Positions 10,791 through 24,489 are shown, counted from the stretch's first letter. The stretch is DNA of 64,000 nucleotides from Callorhinchus milii (GCF_018977255.1 NW_024704742.1:104348001-104412000), one strand, 5' to 3'. The notes: generated from the sequence alone by a model not told the origin. Numbers and translations are program-made.

Positions 10791-12549
10791 TATAGTAATT
10801 TAATATTAATAAGGCAATGTCTTATTCATTTAATATTAATATTTAATATTAAATAACAGTGTAACAGTCCAGTTAGCAGCCTGTAAGTAGAGAAATACAG
10901 TAACTTCTATTGCTGCCACTATGTATCATTTATCTAGCCAGTCAATCAAAGAAGAATTAAGAATGCTTGTTTTTGTTTGCTGATCACTTGTGGGTAAAGG
11001 CACCAAGGTAGGTTTTACAGTGTCTGTTATCCAGAACAGTTAGTGAATGTTATAACCAACTGGAGCAAGTAACCAAAGCTTATCAGGTGGTATGCATTAG
11101 TCTCAGTTACTTACTGTTTGAAGAAGACAAGATCCAAAGGAAACATTGACATCTCCCTTTAATCTCATAAGATTGAAGGAAACAGAACTTCAAAGGACTT
11201 GGTGAGGTCTGTTTCAACAACTATCTCCTAAGCATCTGACCTGAACTCAGTCCCTGATGACATTGGGAACTTGGTCTGTGAAGAACTGTGAACCAGTCCA
11301 AACCACTCTTTGTCACTGCATTTGTGCTCTAATGACATCAGCCATTGTTGTCCACAGGGCTATTCCACCTTTCTGGGCTTTCGTGTATTCAGTGTCATTT
11401 GGTAAAAAGCAGAGACAAAGTCAATACTACAGCATGAACAAAATTGGAAAAAAGATAAAAGTTTATTCTGGGAGTTCTCTGGCTAGTTTGGCTTATGTTG
11501 GCTCTTTGCTATTTCTGGTCATAAACCTTTCATAAGAAAATTGCTGTGATAGAGAATCAATACAATAACAACTATCATTTTATAGCCCCCTTCACATTGT
11601 ATAGAGACTTGGAGCAGTTAAGGCAATGCCTTATTATTTCTGGAGCTGAACTCTGTCATCTGTATATTTCATGCTGATCACTGCCTTGCCATTCAAGTTT
11701 TCAATACCTGTATTTGAGTGGTGCTCTTCATGCATGGATAATTACATCAGTCTGCTGTATGCTATGTACATTTAATGGTGCATTCAATATTTATTGCATC
11801 AATGTGCAGGAGGTGGATCCTCCTCCTGTGCTGGCAAAATCAGTGAAGCTGGGCTTGGCATTGGACTTTTGAGTTATGCACCAGTGCTTTCAACCACTGG
11901 TTAGTGGGATACCGGCTTTTATAGAAAAATTCTCAAATGTTGCTGGTAACCTGTTCTCCAGCAGGCGAATCGCATGATCTGCGACTTCAGTGCCTCGCCT
12001 CATGGACATCACTACTGAGATTGGTACTATATAGATAAGGTAGGGGAGGGGGTTGGTGTTCACTTCTAGCACATCCAGGGTATTTTATGTGTTAAGTGTC
12101 AATTGTGGAGACTTCAGACATTTCCACTGAATTGGAAGTGAGAGAACTTAAGAAGTGTTTGCCAGTTGTGCAGCTTTGTTTATATTTCATACCAATTCAA
12201 GACTTAAGAATCATAAATCATTTTAGCAGAAATTTCAGTACCTAATAACTCAGATATTTGGATGTTGAGACATAAATATTCTGATTTAAAATGGCCTTGA
12301 AAAGTTACATTTCCACCACTAAATACTAATCTTGCTGGGTGGAACATAATGTTCTATCAACTATGTACATTTCCAGTGGGCTTGTAACTTGGCACAGTTG
12401 CAAGATGTATTATTTTTGAAGTTGCCTCGCAAAGACCCGAACTGAAAGTATAGAAAACCCATGATGACTTAGATGTCGATATCTGCTTTTTTTCCCTGCA
12501 CGCTGCTCAGTGTTATCTTCCAGGTTAGGCAACCTGGTGGATAACACAA

Positions 12550-15498
12550 TGAGTGCCCTACCTCCTCTCTCCCCTCTGCGCCACCTTCAGCCCCCGCAGT
12601 CTTCATGCCTGTGGGGCTGACTATGCCCCACTAACTGCCTGCCTCAAGTCTCGGCATTCGTATCTTGGCTGCCGCTCTCGACCCGAGCTGCTTTTCCCCA
12701 GAAATGCTCCCTACCCTGTAACTCTCCCACTCTGTCCTCCTCTCTCTCCATCCTCCTTGCCTCCGATGCCCATTTGAGCATCCTGCAGCCTCCCTCTGCT
12801 CCAGCCTGGGAATCCTCCCCTGGGCTCACCGTGGCACTCGGCGTTGGCGGTCCAGCAGCAGCCACACTGACTGCCCCTGACCCCCACTATCATCACAAGC
12901 CGCACCCGGGGCTTAACTTCTTCCTTATCCACATTCCCACCCTCCCTGCCAATCCTCCCAACACCCCCTCCCGTTTCACACATTCCTCTGCCAACTGCCC
13001 CCTCCTCATCGGCCTACAAAATGTCCTCTCCCTTTATAACAAGGCTCTCGCCATCAACAACATCATCGTTGATGAAAACATTGATATCCTGGCCCTCACG
13101 GAAACCTGGATCACCCAGGTGACACCTTCCCCCTGACTCAGGCCACACCACCTGGTTATACCTTCCACCCTACCCCACGTCCTAACTAGCGCCGTGGTGG
13201 TGTGGCCCTCACCTCCGTGTCATCACTTGCTCTATCCCTCTACTTCTCCGTCTCATTCCCCTCCTTTGAACACCTTATACTCTACCATCCCTCCAATCTT
13301 TCCCCAAAATTCTCCTGTTTTATCGCCCTACCCTCCCCCACCTTCATCTCTGACATCTCCGCCCTTCTAGCTTGCCTCTGTCTCTGTTCTCAACTCCTCC
13401 TCATCGTCAGTGACTTCAACCTGCATTTCACCGCTCTTGCTCTATCTCCACCAACTTATCATCTCTCCTTTCCTCTCACAGTCTTTCCCTCCACATCCAC
13501 TCTGCCACCTATGTTCATGGCCACCCACTTGACCTGATGATTACCTGGGGCCTCAGTATTTCAGGCCTCACAATCACCGATAAAGCCATCTCAGATCATC
13601 ACTTCATTTCCCTTAACTCCTCAATCCCTCTCCCCACCGCCACCCAACCCAACTCCATCTCAACAACGACAACAACAACTTGGACGGACGGCGTCTCAGA
13701 GCACTTCACAGTAACGAATCCCAGGGCCGAGCCAGGGGGAGGAAGGTGACCAAAGGCGCGGTCGAAAAGAAAGGTCTTTTCTCCACTACCAACTGGCTTC
13801 TCCATCCACCCTCTCACGCCTCATCCATCAACTCCTCCAACTCCAACTGTGAGGAGATGCTGCATTTCCTCGAGACCAAAATCGATTGGATCCATTCAGC
13901 CGCCTCCGCCCTCCCAACCGCCACTCCCTCCGCATCGCTCTCTCACACTCTGGCCCCTACCCATCCCTCCCTCCACACCTTCAAGCCGCCTCTCTCACCA
14001 CCACTATAACCCGCATGAAGCCCACCATCTGCTCCCTTGACCCCATCCCTACCCCTCTCCTTACCTCCAAGTTTCACCTCCTCGCCCCTTTACTTTCAGA
14101 CCTTGTCAACCTCTCACTGTCAACTGCCACCGTTCCCATCCCCTTAAAACAGCTGTCATCACCCCATCCTTTTAAAAAAAAAAAAACTGCTACAGCATGG
14201 AAATAGCCCCGGTCAAGATAACAAATGACATTCTGTCCATCTGTGACCAGGGCTCCCTCTGTCTCCTCGTCCTCCCCGACTTCTCTGATGCCTTTGATAC
14301 TGTGGACTACTCTATCCTCCACCGCCTCTTCTCTCACCTTAACCTTCAAGGTTCTGTCCTTGAATGGTTCAGATCCTATCTCACATCGGCTCCACTTTGT
14401 CTCCACAAATGGCGTTTCTTCCAACCTCTGCACCGTCTCGTGTAGTGTTTCTCCAGGCTTTGTCCTTGGTCCTCTCCTCTTTAAACTGTATATGCTCCCT
14501 CTTGGTGACATCATCCGCAGACATGAGGTCAATTTCCACATGTACGCGAATGATTCTGTCTCTCCACCCACAATTCCAGGACCACTGATGTCCTGTCAGA
14601 CTGCCTGTCAGACATCAAGTTCTGGATGAGAGCCAACTTTCTACAGTTCAACATTAGCAAGGCCAAGGATTTCCTGACTGGCTCATGCCAGCGCTTCCGC
14701 ACCTCAGGCACTGGCAGCATCAGCATGTAAGGATGCACACTCCACCTCACCAAGCCAGTCAGAAACCTAGGCATCTTGTTTGACCCTCAACTATCCTTTC
14801 TCCATATCCGTGCCATGACCCACTCTGCTTTCCCCCACCTTCTTAACATTGCTTGAATCCCCCACTGCCTCACCCATCAGGCCGCTGAAACACTCATACA
14901 TGCCTCCATTACATCCAGGCTTGACTCTGCCAATGCCCTGCTTGTTGGCCTTTCCAACATTTCCCTCCACAAGCTGCAAATCATCCAGAACTCTGAAGCT
15001 CGTGTCCTCTCCCGCACCAGGCTCTGTGACCCCATCACCCCCACCCTCGCCCGGCTCCACTGGCTCCCCATCCCTCAGAAGATCGAGTTCAAAATTCTTG
15101 TCCTCACCTTCAAGGCCCTCCATGGCCTTGCCCCCCCCCCACCACCTCTCCGACCTGCTAACCCTTTATCAACTGTCTGCTCCCTCGGCTCAGCAGGCTT
15201 CGGCCTGCTCCAAGTCCCCTGCCCGGCCCGCCCCAATATTGGCGGTTGAACCTTCAGCCTCTCTAGCCCCACCCTCTGGAACTCCATCCCACATTCCCTT
15301 TACCTTGTTCCCTCCCTTGCCTCTTTCACGGCACGCCTCAAGATCCTCCTCTTCTACCATACCTTCGGCAAATCTCACCTTCCACCCTCCCTGATTTCCC
15401 CCCCCACCGCCCACCTGGGTCCTGATCCCTGACCGTTCCACACCTTGGGACGTCCTCCCGTTGTGGAAGGCGCTATACAAATGTCATTTTGTATTGTA
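12550..15498 (+). mobile_element. Near-full-length defective L2 LINE (APE + RT), frameshifted, with internal deletions
   Basis: IGLQNV..ILALTETW and VSDFNLH (APE); PTICSLDPIP; DAFDTVD; VLGPLLF; YAND; LHWLP; terminal stem-loop at about 15440-15475; 5' region homologous to 56050-56335. Confidence 0.93.
13661..13779 (-). mobile_element. Short antisense L2 3' tail nested inside the long L2
   Basis: caacaacgacaacaacaac tail followed by the reverse complement of an L2 3' UTR (gtcgaaaagaaaggtc = TFLFD). Confidence 0.8.
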
Positions 15499-16737
15499 TC
15501 TGCTGATCTGGAAGTAGGCTGTCTTTAAGGTATCCATCATGTGTTTAGATAACTAAGCCATACTTGTCCATTTTGTTTGCTTAATAGCTGTTTTCAAATC
15601 ATAGAGAAAACTGTGGCTGCTTTTGTGACTTCAAAAGCCATCAGCATATCATTTTGGACCTGATGTTCAAAAAGATTCAAACAGCCAGAACGATGTTGAC
15701 CCCACGTTTCTAATGCCAATTCCCATTGCTCCCCAACGTATACCGCTCTCCACCAAAATAATCTGCTACAAGGGGAAGCTAGTAAAACATGTAAATCATT
15801 CAGGCAGCATTTAGAAGGAACTGATTAGGTTCTACGGATAAAAGAGATGCAATACTTAAATACAGCTGTTATGGAGAACCACAGAAGTTGTCTCCAGCTC
15901 TGGACCCAAGAACAAGATGCTGCTGATTCGACAGCATGAGCCAAGATATCAGCATGCCTGCTCTTGAGAGGAATGCTTATCTACCTGTATCTTAAGAATG
16001 GCTGCTAAGAACATACTCGCAGAAAGAAAGATAAACTGTATGTAGTAATATAGTGACTAATTGTATTCTTTGTTTAACACAAAGTTACAAAATATTTCAG
16101 AACCCATAAAGGCAGTAAATTCTTCAGGTGGTTATTAAAGATTTCACAAAAGTGGTTGAATAGAGTTTCTCCCAGATTAATTGATCATTTATCCCTGGCT
16201 GCTTGTTTAAATTTGAAGAATACCTAAAAAATAAGATGTCTAATACTTTATTAGTTTAAACTGTCAATTTTCTAAACGAGAAAACAGCAGTGTGCTCCTG
16301 AATGCCTGCCAAGGTTACCATCATCTTGGAACTAAGCCAGATTGAAGCGTTGTAGCTGAGCGTTTCCTTGTACCTGAAGTTTGAATTCATTACCTGAGGT
16401 ACATAGACACACATGATAGTAATAATCCCTTCTTGTACTTGTCCTTCTTGTCCTTAAAAGACTTCATATGCTTACACAATAGCCTTTGGAAAGGGTGCAT
16501 TGCAAGGGAAAATTACATCTTAAACAAGAAAACATTGGCCCATCCACTGATTCATTCCCCAAACATTTTAATGGAAAAAATACCAGAAAAAGTTTAGACA
16601 GGAACTGCTTTTGAACCACAGTGTTTTAAAAAGGATTTAATTTGCAAAAAAGAGTAGCTTATTCACTTTACTACTACTGGACAACTAGTATTTAGTGCTG
16701 TCTTAATTGCACATGAGCAATAAATGTTCTGATAGCT

Positions 16738-17150
16738 ACAACAACAATGCAGGGCAGCATCCCAGAGTTCTTGACAGTGGCAGAGCTCGATGCCGAGCTG
16801 GGAATAGGGGAAAGTGACCGTAGGCACAGTCGAATAGCGAGGTCTTCAGGCACGGCCTAAAGATGGGGGAAGGAAGGGGCAAGGTGGAGGGTTAGAGGAA
16901 GAGTGTTCCAGAGTTTCAGGCCATAGCGGCTGAAAGTGCAGCCACCAAATGAAATGGAGGGCACGAGGGACATGCAGAAGAACGGAGCCAATGGAGCGGC
17001 GGCAATGTATTTGGGTTGGGAGGTGCCAGGGCATGAAGGGATTTGAAAACGAGTGTGAGGATCTTGAAATCATCTGTTCGGAGATGAGGAGCCAGTGGAG
17101 CCTAGCCTGGTGTGATAGCTGATGGCAGAGTGAGCACATGGGCAGATTTT
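16738..17150 (-). mobile_element. L2 3' fragment
   Basis: (CAA)n tail; minus translation ARLHWLLISEQM. Confidence 0.85.
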
Positions 17151-17499
17151 TGTAGTGCTGCTTTTAAATGGAGCATCTACAACCTTTGTCTTCTGGGTGT
17201 GATGGCAACTCTGCAACTTGAATTTAATTCTGTGTGTGGGCGGCAGCTACTGAGAGCGCTTCCCAGTAACGGATCCAAATCATCAGCAGCAAATGAATCA
17301 CCGAAGCTCAAAATGTAACCCAAATCTCTTGAGCAGTCACTCATTCAAGTGATGTGACCCTCCCAAAAAAAATAATAGGAACAAGCAACAATGAAAAGTT
17401 TCAGATATAACCTAGTAGTTTTTTTCATTTACAATTGCCATACTACAGTACTCGCTAGCAGTCTCAAGAGATGAACTACTAAGTTCAGTGCAGGCTTTA

Positions 17500-17815
17500 T
17501 TTTAGTCGGGGCTCCACATCCTAGAAACAATATACCAGCCCTGGAGGGCTTCCAGTGATGGTTAACGAGATTAATACATGAGCTGAAGGGATTTAGCTTT
17601 GTTTAGAGGCTGGGTAGACTGGGTTAATATTCCTGAGGGCAGAAGAGACAAAGGAATGATTCGATTGAGGTATTTAAGATAATGAAAGCAGTTGCCAGGA
17701 TAGATAATGCACACTCATTCCCTCTGGTAGAAAGGTTTGCCAAGATCTAATAAACTGGTGGAACAGGATCAGTGGGTTGAATGTTTTTCTCCTGTTCCTG
17801 TATTTTTATGTTTCT
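17500..17815 (+). mobile_element. Old CR1 LINE 3' fragment
   Basis: gattgaggtatttaagataatgaaag (IEVFKIMK) and a CR1-type end tctcctgttcctgtatttttatgtttct. Confidence 0.7.
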
Positions 17816-17899
17816 AATTGTACACTTGGAGTAGTGGTTATACCAGTAAATAAACCATTTTCTGATAGATGACAGCATGGGCAGATGAAACATCTAGAA

Positions 17900-19380
17900 C
17901 ATCTTGCATTTATGCAGTTTCATTCACATTGGATAACATTTTGGAGTGCTTCACAATGGCGAGGTCGGATGGACAACGGGGCATGGGGGGCCTTAGCATG
18001 GTTGAAGAGGTGCTAGGGTGTGAAGGGATTTATCCATGAGGGTGAGAACCTTGAAGTCAATCCATTTGAAGACAGGCAGCCAGTGAGCCCCGGTGAACCC
18101 CCTCCATTTTATCTCCACAAACGTCTTCTGCTCTAGCCCCTAGATCGTCTCATGCGACATTCCTCAGGGTTCTGTCCTTGGTCCCCTCCTCTCCAATATA
18201 TATATGCTCCCTCTTGGTGATATCATCTGCAGACAGGGGGTCAACTTCCACATGTATGCGGATGACACCCAACTCTATCTCTCTGCCTCCACCCTTGACT
18301 CCAGGACCACTGCTGTCCTGACAGATTGTCTGTCAGACATCAAGTCCTGGATTAGAGCTAATTTTCTTCAGTTGAAATTCAACAAGACCGAGGATTCCTG
18401 ATTGGCTCCCGTCAGCGTCTCCACACCTCAGGCACTGAAAGCATCACCATCCATGGTTGCACAATCCATCTTACTAAGCCAGTCCGGAACCATGGTGTCT
18501 TGTTTGACCCTCAACTATCCTTTCTACTCCACATCTGCGCCATGATCTGCTCTGCCTTCCCCCACCTTCACAACATTGTCTGGCTATGCCACTGTCTCAC
18601 ACCACAGGCCGCCAAAACCCTCATACACCCATTTATAACATCGAGGCTTGACTATGCAAACTCCCTGCTTGTCGGCCTCCCCAACCCCTCCCTCCATAGG
18701 CTGCAGATCATCCAGAACTCTTCAGCCTGTGTCCTCTCCTGCATCAGGCTCTGTGATCCTATTACCCCCATCCTCGCCCGACTCCACTGGCTTCCCATCA
18801 CACAGAGGATACAATTCAAGATCCTGGTCCTTAACTTCGAAGCCCTCCATGGTATTGCTCCCCCCTATCTCTGCCACCTCCTAACACTCTACCATCCTCC
18901 CGCTCACTCCGCTAAACGGGCTCCAGCCTGGTTCGTGTCCCCCCACCTCACCCGCCTCACCACTGGTGCGCAGGCCTTCTGCCACTCTGCTCTCCACCCT
19001 CCCCAATCCCGACACCCAGCTCGGGTCTGAAACACTGACTGTCTAGCACCTTGGGACGTCCTCCAAGTTACAAATGTAATTTTGTTGTTGTTGAAGATTC
19101 GAGTAATGGCTGTGCTGAGTTTGGTGCGAGTAAGGATACAAATGGTGGCATTTGGGATTAGCTGCATCTTGTGGATGGATGGTGGACCTTTGGAGACCAG
19201 CAAGAAGGGCATTACGGAAGTCAAGGCGGGAGGTGACGAAAGAGTGGATAAGAGTATGACGGCATGTGGTGTGAGGTAGGGGTGGAGACATGCAATGGTA
19301 AAGGAAGTCAGTCTTGGTCATGACCGGATGTGAGGAAGGAAGGAGAGCTGAGAATCGAACCAGTTGGTTTAGTGAGAGAA
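17900..19380 (-). mobile_element. Old L2 3' fragment split in two (17900-18097 and 19092-19380) by a younger L2
   Basis: Joining the pieces restores the minus-strand reading TAITRIF-TGAHWLPVFKWIDFK; tgaa is duplicated at both junctions. Confidence 0.8.
18098..19091 (+). mobile_element. L2 LINE, 5'-truncated RT fragment
   Basis: [39 protein letters not shown]; ttgttgttg tail. Confidence 0.93.
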
Positions 19381-20339
19381 GCCAGGGAGGTTGTGGCGGT
19401 CCTTGGCACAGTATAAATCTGTTCCATGCCAAGGCCTTATCTGGATCAAGCATTCAAGGCACTTTAGTAAATTGGGTGTATTTATACATTTTTCTCAAGC
19501 GCCTGAGCTACATTCAGAGAAGGAAACTGGCTTCTTTTCACTTGCTGGTATTCACATGTTGAGGGTTGTCAGCGTATCAAGAACAAACTTGCATTATTTT
19601 ATAAACTTGATTTCTCTGCACCCGACCGAACAATCCCACAGAAAAGGGTTGAATTCCTCGAATGTAAGGCATTTATGCAACCACTGGACAATTATTCTTC
19701 ACATCAATGTTTAATACCCAGGATCCAACCAAGATTCTTTCATTTGTCACTTGTTCCTGATGTAATAATAATTCTTACACTTGATACAGGACTTGGCATG
19801 TCTGAAGGACATCTTAAGATACTTCACCGGATTTACTGTAAAGTGTGGTGACTGTGTAGGTGGATGCAGCACCTAATTTGCACACAGTGATGTCTCACAA
19901 ATGGTCATGAAGTGAAATGACCAATTTTATCTAAGTCACTGTTGGCCAGCACACTGGGGTCAATTCCCTTCTTCTTAGGAATATTCCAAAGACACATTTA
20001 AGCCTACAAAATTACTTAAAATATATTCATAAAACTAGTATTTGTGCTTAATGGGAATAATTGATTAAAAGTGCATGTAATTATCAGAGTCCTACAGTTC
20101 TACTGTTGTAACATGCTTCTCAATATGACTAGTTATAGTGCAAATAAGACTTTTCTCATACATTTGCTGTAGTACATTGAGCCAAATTCCAAAATTCTAC
20201 ACATTGTTGTATTCCTTACTGTTAATCAGGCAGGCTTGACCGAAGTTTACAGTTGAGTCAGTAATGCTTATATCAGATGACTGGGCTGCGGTAGTTATGG
20301 GAATGAATCCTTGGTGTTTCAGTCATGTACTTTCTCAAG

Positions 20340-20660
20340 GATAACAAATGTACTGAATTTTAAATGGGATCAGGAAAATAAACCCAGAAAATATTTTCAG
20401 ATATAGCAAGCCAGCACAACAAGGGCACTGGGTCACAGTTGCAAAAGGCAGTTTCAGGATAAACACCAGGAATTCTTTTACCGAGAGGGCAATTAACAAT
20501 TAGAACCAGTTACCAGAAAGGAGATTAGGACACTGGGCTCATTGAAGAAACAGCTTGTTGATGCTATGATGGGAGGACTGTAGGTTGGGTGTTCTGGATT
20601 GATGAGGTCAAATGGGGCAAAGTGGCTTCATCATCTGAGCCTCTCTGGTGACCTTGTGAA
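20340..20660 (+). mobile_element. Old CR1 3' fragment
   Basis: Homologous to 41835-42172 and 27470-27780 (ttaccgagagggcaattaac...gaagaaacagctt). Confidence 0.65.
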
Positions 20661-22285
20661 ATGCGTGCTAAAGAGTTCTTTACTCATGTTTACTACAGCA
20701 ACCAATTACATTTGTATAGCGCATTTTCATCGGGGGGACATAACTATATCCCAATTAATTTGATGTTCAGAAAACAAATCAAATAAATTGCGTTGATGCT
20801 TTATTAAAAGAGTAGTTGGGGTGTAAATGCTTTACTGTCTTTGCTTTGGGTTGGTTTGGTACCAGACCAACTGTGCAGGTGGATGTCCTTACCATAGAGT
20901 ACACAGAGTGCATTTCTAGCTAAATCTTTGTGTAAGTTCTCAGAACCAACCTATTTGGCTCCCACTGTTCTTAGATCACTGAGTATGATGTGGTCATTGA
21001 GTGCTTTGAATACCATAATGGAACTTAGTAGAATAATATTGCAATATATTAGATCACCTCTATATATTTGTGTCGATTAAGTTTGCCTGTTTGATGCATA
21101 CCATATGTTCTGTCTGCAACAGTGGAAAAGGTTGTCCTTTTATATTCTCTTGGGTGGTGCAATGACAGGATGGAGCCAGACATTATGTGGATAGATGTTT
21201 CATAACCCTGACTTTTGTTGCTAAGAGTGGAAAAGGTCTTCAAGTTGCACTGGGCGCTAGAGATCATCCAAGAGACTTACATAGCCCAATGTAGTAGTAG
21301 CAATAATAATAATAAAATAATAATTCTTACATTTGATGTAATGCCTTATCACGTCATTAAAATGTCTCAAAGTCCTTACAGGATTTTCTGTGTATTTAAG
21401 GTGAATGTATGCCACAACTACACAGTGTGAGTCATATTTCTTTGGCTTTTCTTTTGTTGATTCGCTCCATGCTGGTAACTCATTAAGTTCAATATTGGCT
21501 ACAAGAGCACATTGTGACAATATGCCCAAACCAAGATCACAAGGTGAAGTGGGAAAATACTGATACACCTCCTGGTATTCTTGCCTTCAAATAGCAACGT
21601 GGTATTTTTCCTGTTAACAGGACCATAATTGGGTTAGAGACAGTGCTGTAAGAACGATTCCTCTTCTGTGAAATAGATATAATGATCTTAATTGGTTTGT
21701 AACTCATCTTAGCTCTGGGTCGCCTAATCCTAATGGTGCTTTTGCATTCCACCACTTCAGTCCTTTTTCTCTGAATGCTTCAATGTCAAACATGTTTAAA
21801 GCAAAATAAATGTTACATCTCTATTTGTGTCCTTTAAGAACTAATAAAGTTACCAAATATAAACTTGTTTCACTTTTCTGGTAAAGAAAGGTGGTACTGG
21901 ATAGCTCATACATCAAGTAGCTCCATAGATAGAAGTTATAATTTCACAGGTCTTAAACTAAATATGGTAGCTTGTGTTATGCATTTGGGGGTAGAGGAGA
22001 GACTAAGAATAGTTAAGTTTAAGTAATTTAAAAGGCATTCATTTGGGTGGACAGATTTGGAGTTAATAAGAATTAGCTGCAATGAAGACAAAAAAAGAGG
22101 GATACTGCAGTGTTATTGTAAAGATTAAGATATTTGCATTCATTTGCAACAAATGTGTTTTCTGTAAATTTGTAGTACTTTCCTATTGTTTATAAATATC
22201 AGTAGCATTGCAAACCTTTTATCATTAAGTTGATATCTGATTCAGAAAACACACTTTGATCAATACATTTTCTTCTTTCTTCAAG

Positions 22286-22369
22286 GCCTGGCAAAGCTTT
22301 GACACGGTGTCATCTCGTGTCATTTAAGGACTGCTGAAGACCAGCTGCAATGATGGAAGTGTTCCTTTG
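22286..22369 (+). other. Putative 84-nt internal exon, probably 5' UTR
   Basis: Acceptor ttttcttctttcttcaAG|, donor ttg|GTAAGA; non-repetitive; stops in all three frames; tandem ATG ATG near its 3' end. Confidence 0.55.
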
Positions 22370-22539
22370 GTAAGAAATGCTTGTGGGAGGTTAATAAACC
22401 ACTAAACAAACACACAAGGAAATACATGATCCTTGCATTTGATATCGTTCACATCAGGGGGCGTCTCAAAGAATTTCACAGAATTTACTGTGACTGTATT
22501 TTTGTTCGCACTTTGGAGGCGTAGTTGATTGGCTCAAAG

Positions 22540-23482
22540 TATTTTATAAGCATATCAAAAGTAAAAGGTAGGGTGGGTCCAATTAGGGTCCCTAGTGGAA
22601 ATCTTCTTGTTGAGGCAGAGGGCATGGCTGATGTACTAAATAAGTACTTTGCAACTGTCTTCACAAAAGAAGACGATGCAACCAATGCCATAATATCGCA
22701 GGCGTGTGAACAGAAATTTAATATGATAAAAATCAACGGATGGAGGTACTAAAAGGTGCTCAACATAGAAAGAGGATTGTGTCCAAAGAGGATTGAAAGA
22801 TTGTGGCCAGAGCCTCCGCTATTTCCAACCTTGCTTCCTTCAGTAACCTAGGATGCAGCCCGTCCGGACCAGGTTGACCATAGAATTCAAAAGTCAGGAG
22901 GTTATGTTGAATATTTATAAAATGCTGGTTAGGCCTCAGTTGGAGTACTGCGTTCAGTTCTAGGCACTGCACTTTAGGAAAGATGTTAAGGCACTGGAAA
23001 GGGTGCAAAGGAGGTTTACCAGAATGGTACCAGGAATGAAGGACCTTAGTTATGAAGAGAGGTTAGCGAAACTAAGAATATTCTCCCCAGAGCAGAGAAG
23101 ATTAAAAGGGGATTTAATGGAGGTTTTTAAGATCATGAGAGGATTTGATAGGTTGAACCAGGAAAAACTGTTTCCATTGGCATGTGGGTCAGTAACCCAA
23201 GGACACCGATTTAAGTTAGTTGTTAAAAGAAACAGAAGGGAGGTTAGGAAAACATTTTTCACCCAGCGAGTTGTTTGGATCTGGAATGCATTACCTGAAA
23301 GGGTAGTGGAAGCTGATTCAATAACAACTTTTAAGAGAGAAGTAGATGGGTATTTGGGAAGGACAAGATTACAGGGCTATGGAGAGAAAGTGGGCCAGTG
23401 GGATTGAGTTGGATTGCTCTTTTCAGAGCCGGTGCAGACACGATGGGCCGAATGGCCTCTTTCTGTGCTGTATGAGTCTATG
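22540..23482 (+). mobile_element. Rearranged CR1 LINE with internal inversion and RT-core deletion
   Basis: ADVLNKYFATVFTKED (22525 ORF); inverted PGPDGLHPRLLKE..IFQSSLDT (22778-22878); QRRFTRMVPG..FFTQRVVWIWNALP; CR1 3' UTR ending gatgggccgaatggcctctttctgtgctgta. Confidence 0.92.
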
Positions 23483-23964
23483 AAGTATTTCACTCAGATG
23501 TTGCCAAGCATAATGAAACAGCACGATTCAAGGGCAACAATGCCTAGACTGGAATTCCATCCAGCGAGATGCAGTGTTCAAACAAAGGAATCCAAAGCAT
23601 ACATTTGAGGACTTGAATTATATTTATTTATCTCCTATTAACTGTGAATTTGTAGAATTGACATTTAATCTATATCTGTAAATCACACAGGTTATGCATT
23701 TCAGTTCCGTTGCCTTTAATTACCCAATCAAACTAAAAATTCAGTATTAGTGGAATGCATAAAAAGCAAACTTTTTTCTCATTTGTTCATATGTATGTTT
23801 CCTACATGACTGAAATGCAACAATTCTTTTCATTCACTAACCATGTAATCTTTGAATATTTTTTCTGCGATCTATCCAAACAGTAGTAGTCTCTGTTTCT
23901 AAAATACCATATTCTCTGTTTCTCACTGTGCATAAGACTCTCTTAAGTAATTAAGAATCCCTTT

Positions 23965-24435
23965 ACAACAACAACAAGATTACATTTGTATAGCACCTTT
24001 CACATCAGGAGGACATCCCAAAGCGCTGGACACGGAACAGCATTTCAGACCCGAGCTGGGATCGGGGGAGTAGGGAGGGGAAGGGGGGTGGTCGATGGCA
24101 TGGTTGAAGAGGAGGGTCTTGAGGCAGGACTTGAAGAAGGCTAAGGAGGGTCGAGGCGGAGTGACCGGGGGTTGGTAATCCAGAGGTTGGGGGCAGAGTG
24201 GCTGAAGGCTCTCCCACCAGTGGTGGGGCGGGTGGGTCGGGGAATGTGGAGCAGGCCAGAACCGGCTGAGCGGAGGGAACAGGCGGGTTGGTAGGTGGTT
24301 AGGAGGTCACAGAGATAGAGTGGAGTGAGGCCATGGAGAGCTTTGTATGTGAGGACCAAGATCTTGGACTGGATCCTCTGAAGGATAGGGAGCCAATGGA
24401 GTTGGGCGAGAGTGGGAGAGATGGGGTCACGGAGA
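23965..24435 (-). mobile_element. L2 3' fragment
   Basis: (CAA)n tail; minus ORF LRDPISPTLAQLHWLPI..GGRAFSHSAPNLW. Confidence 0.92.
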
Positions 24436-24489
24436 AGCCATTGAGAAGCTTTCTGTAGCATGTCCAGCTCGGACAACCCTATCTGTTAG

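Noticed and set aside
11972..11998. ctgc(g/a)acttcagtgcctcg shared with about 35106-35125 (RGTEVA in two ORFs)
   Set aside because: An 18/19 match with no flanking similarity is close to chance expectation in 64 kb.
15650..16070. Possible solo LTR
   Set aside because: TATA-like and terminal CA seen, but no TSD, PBS, PPT or second copy.
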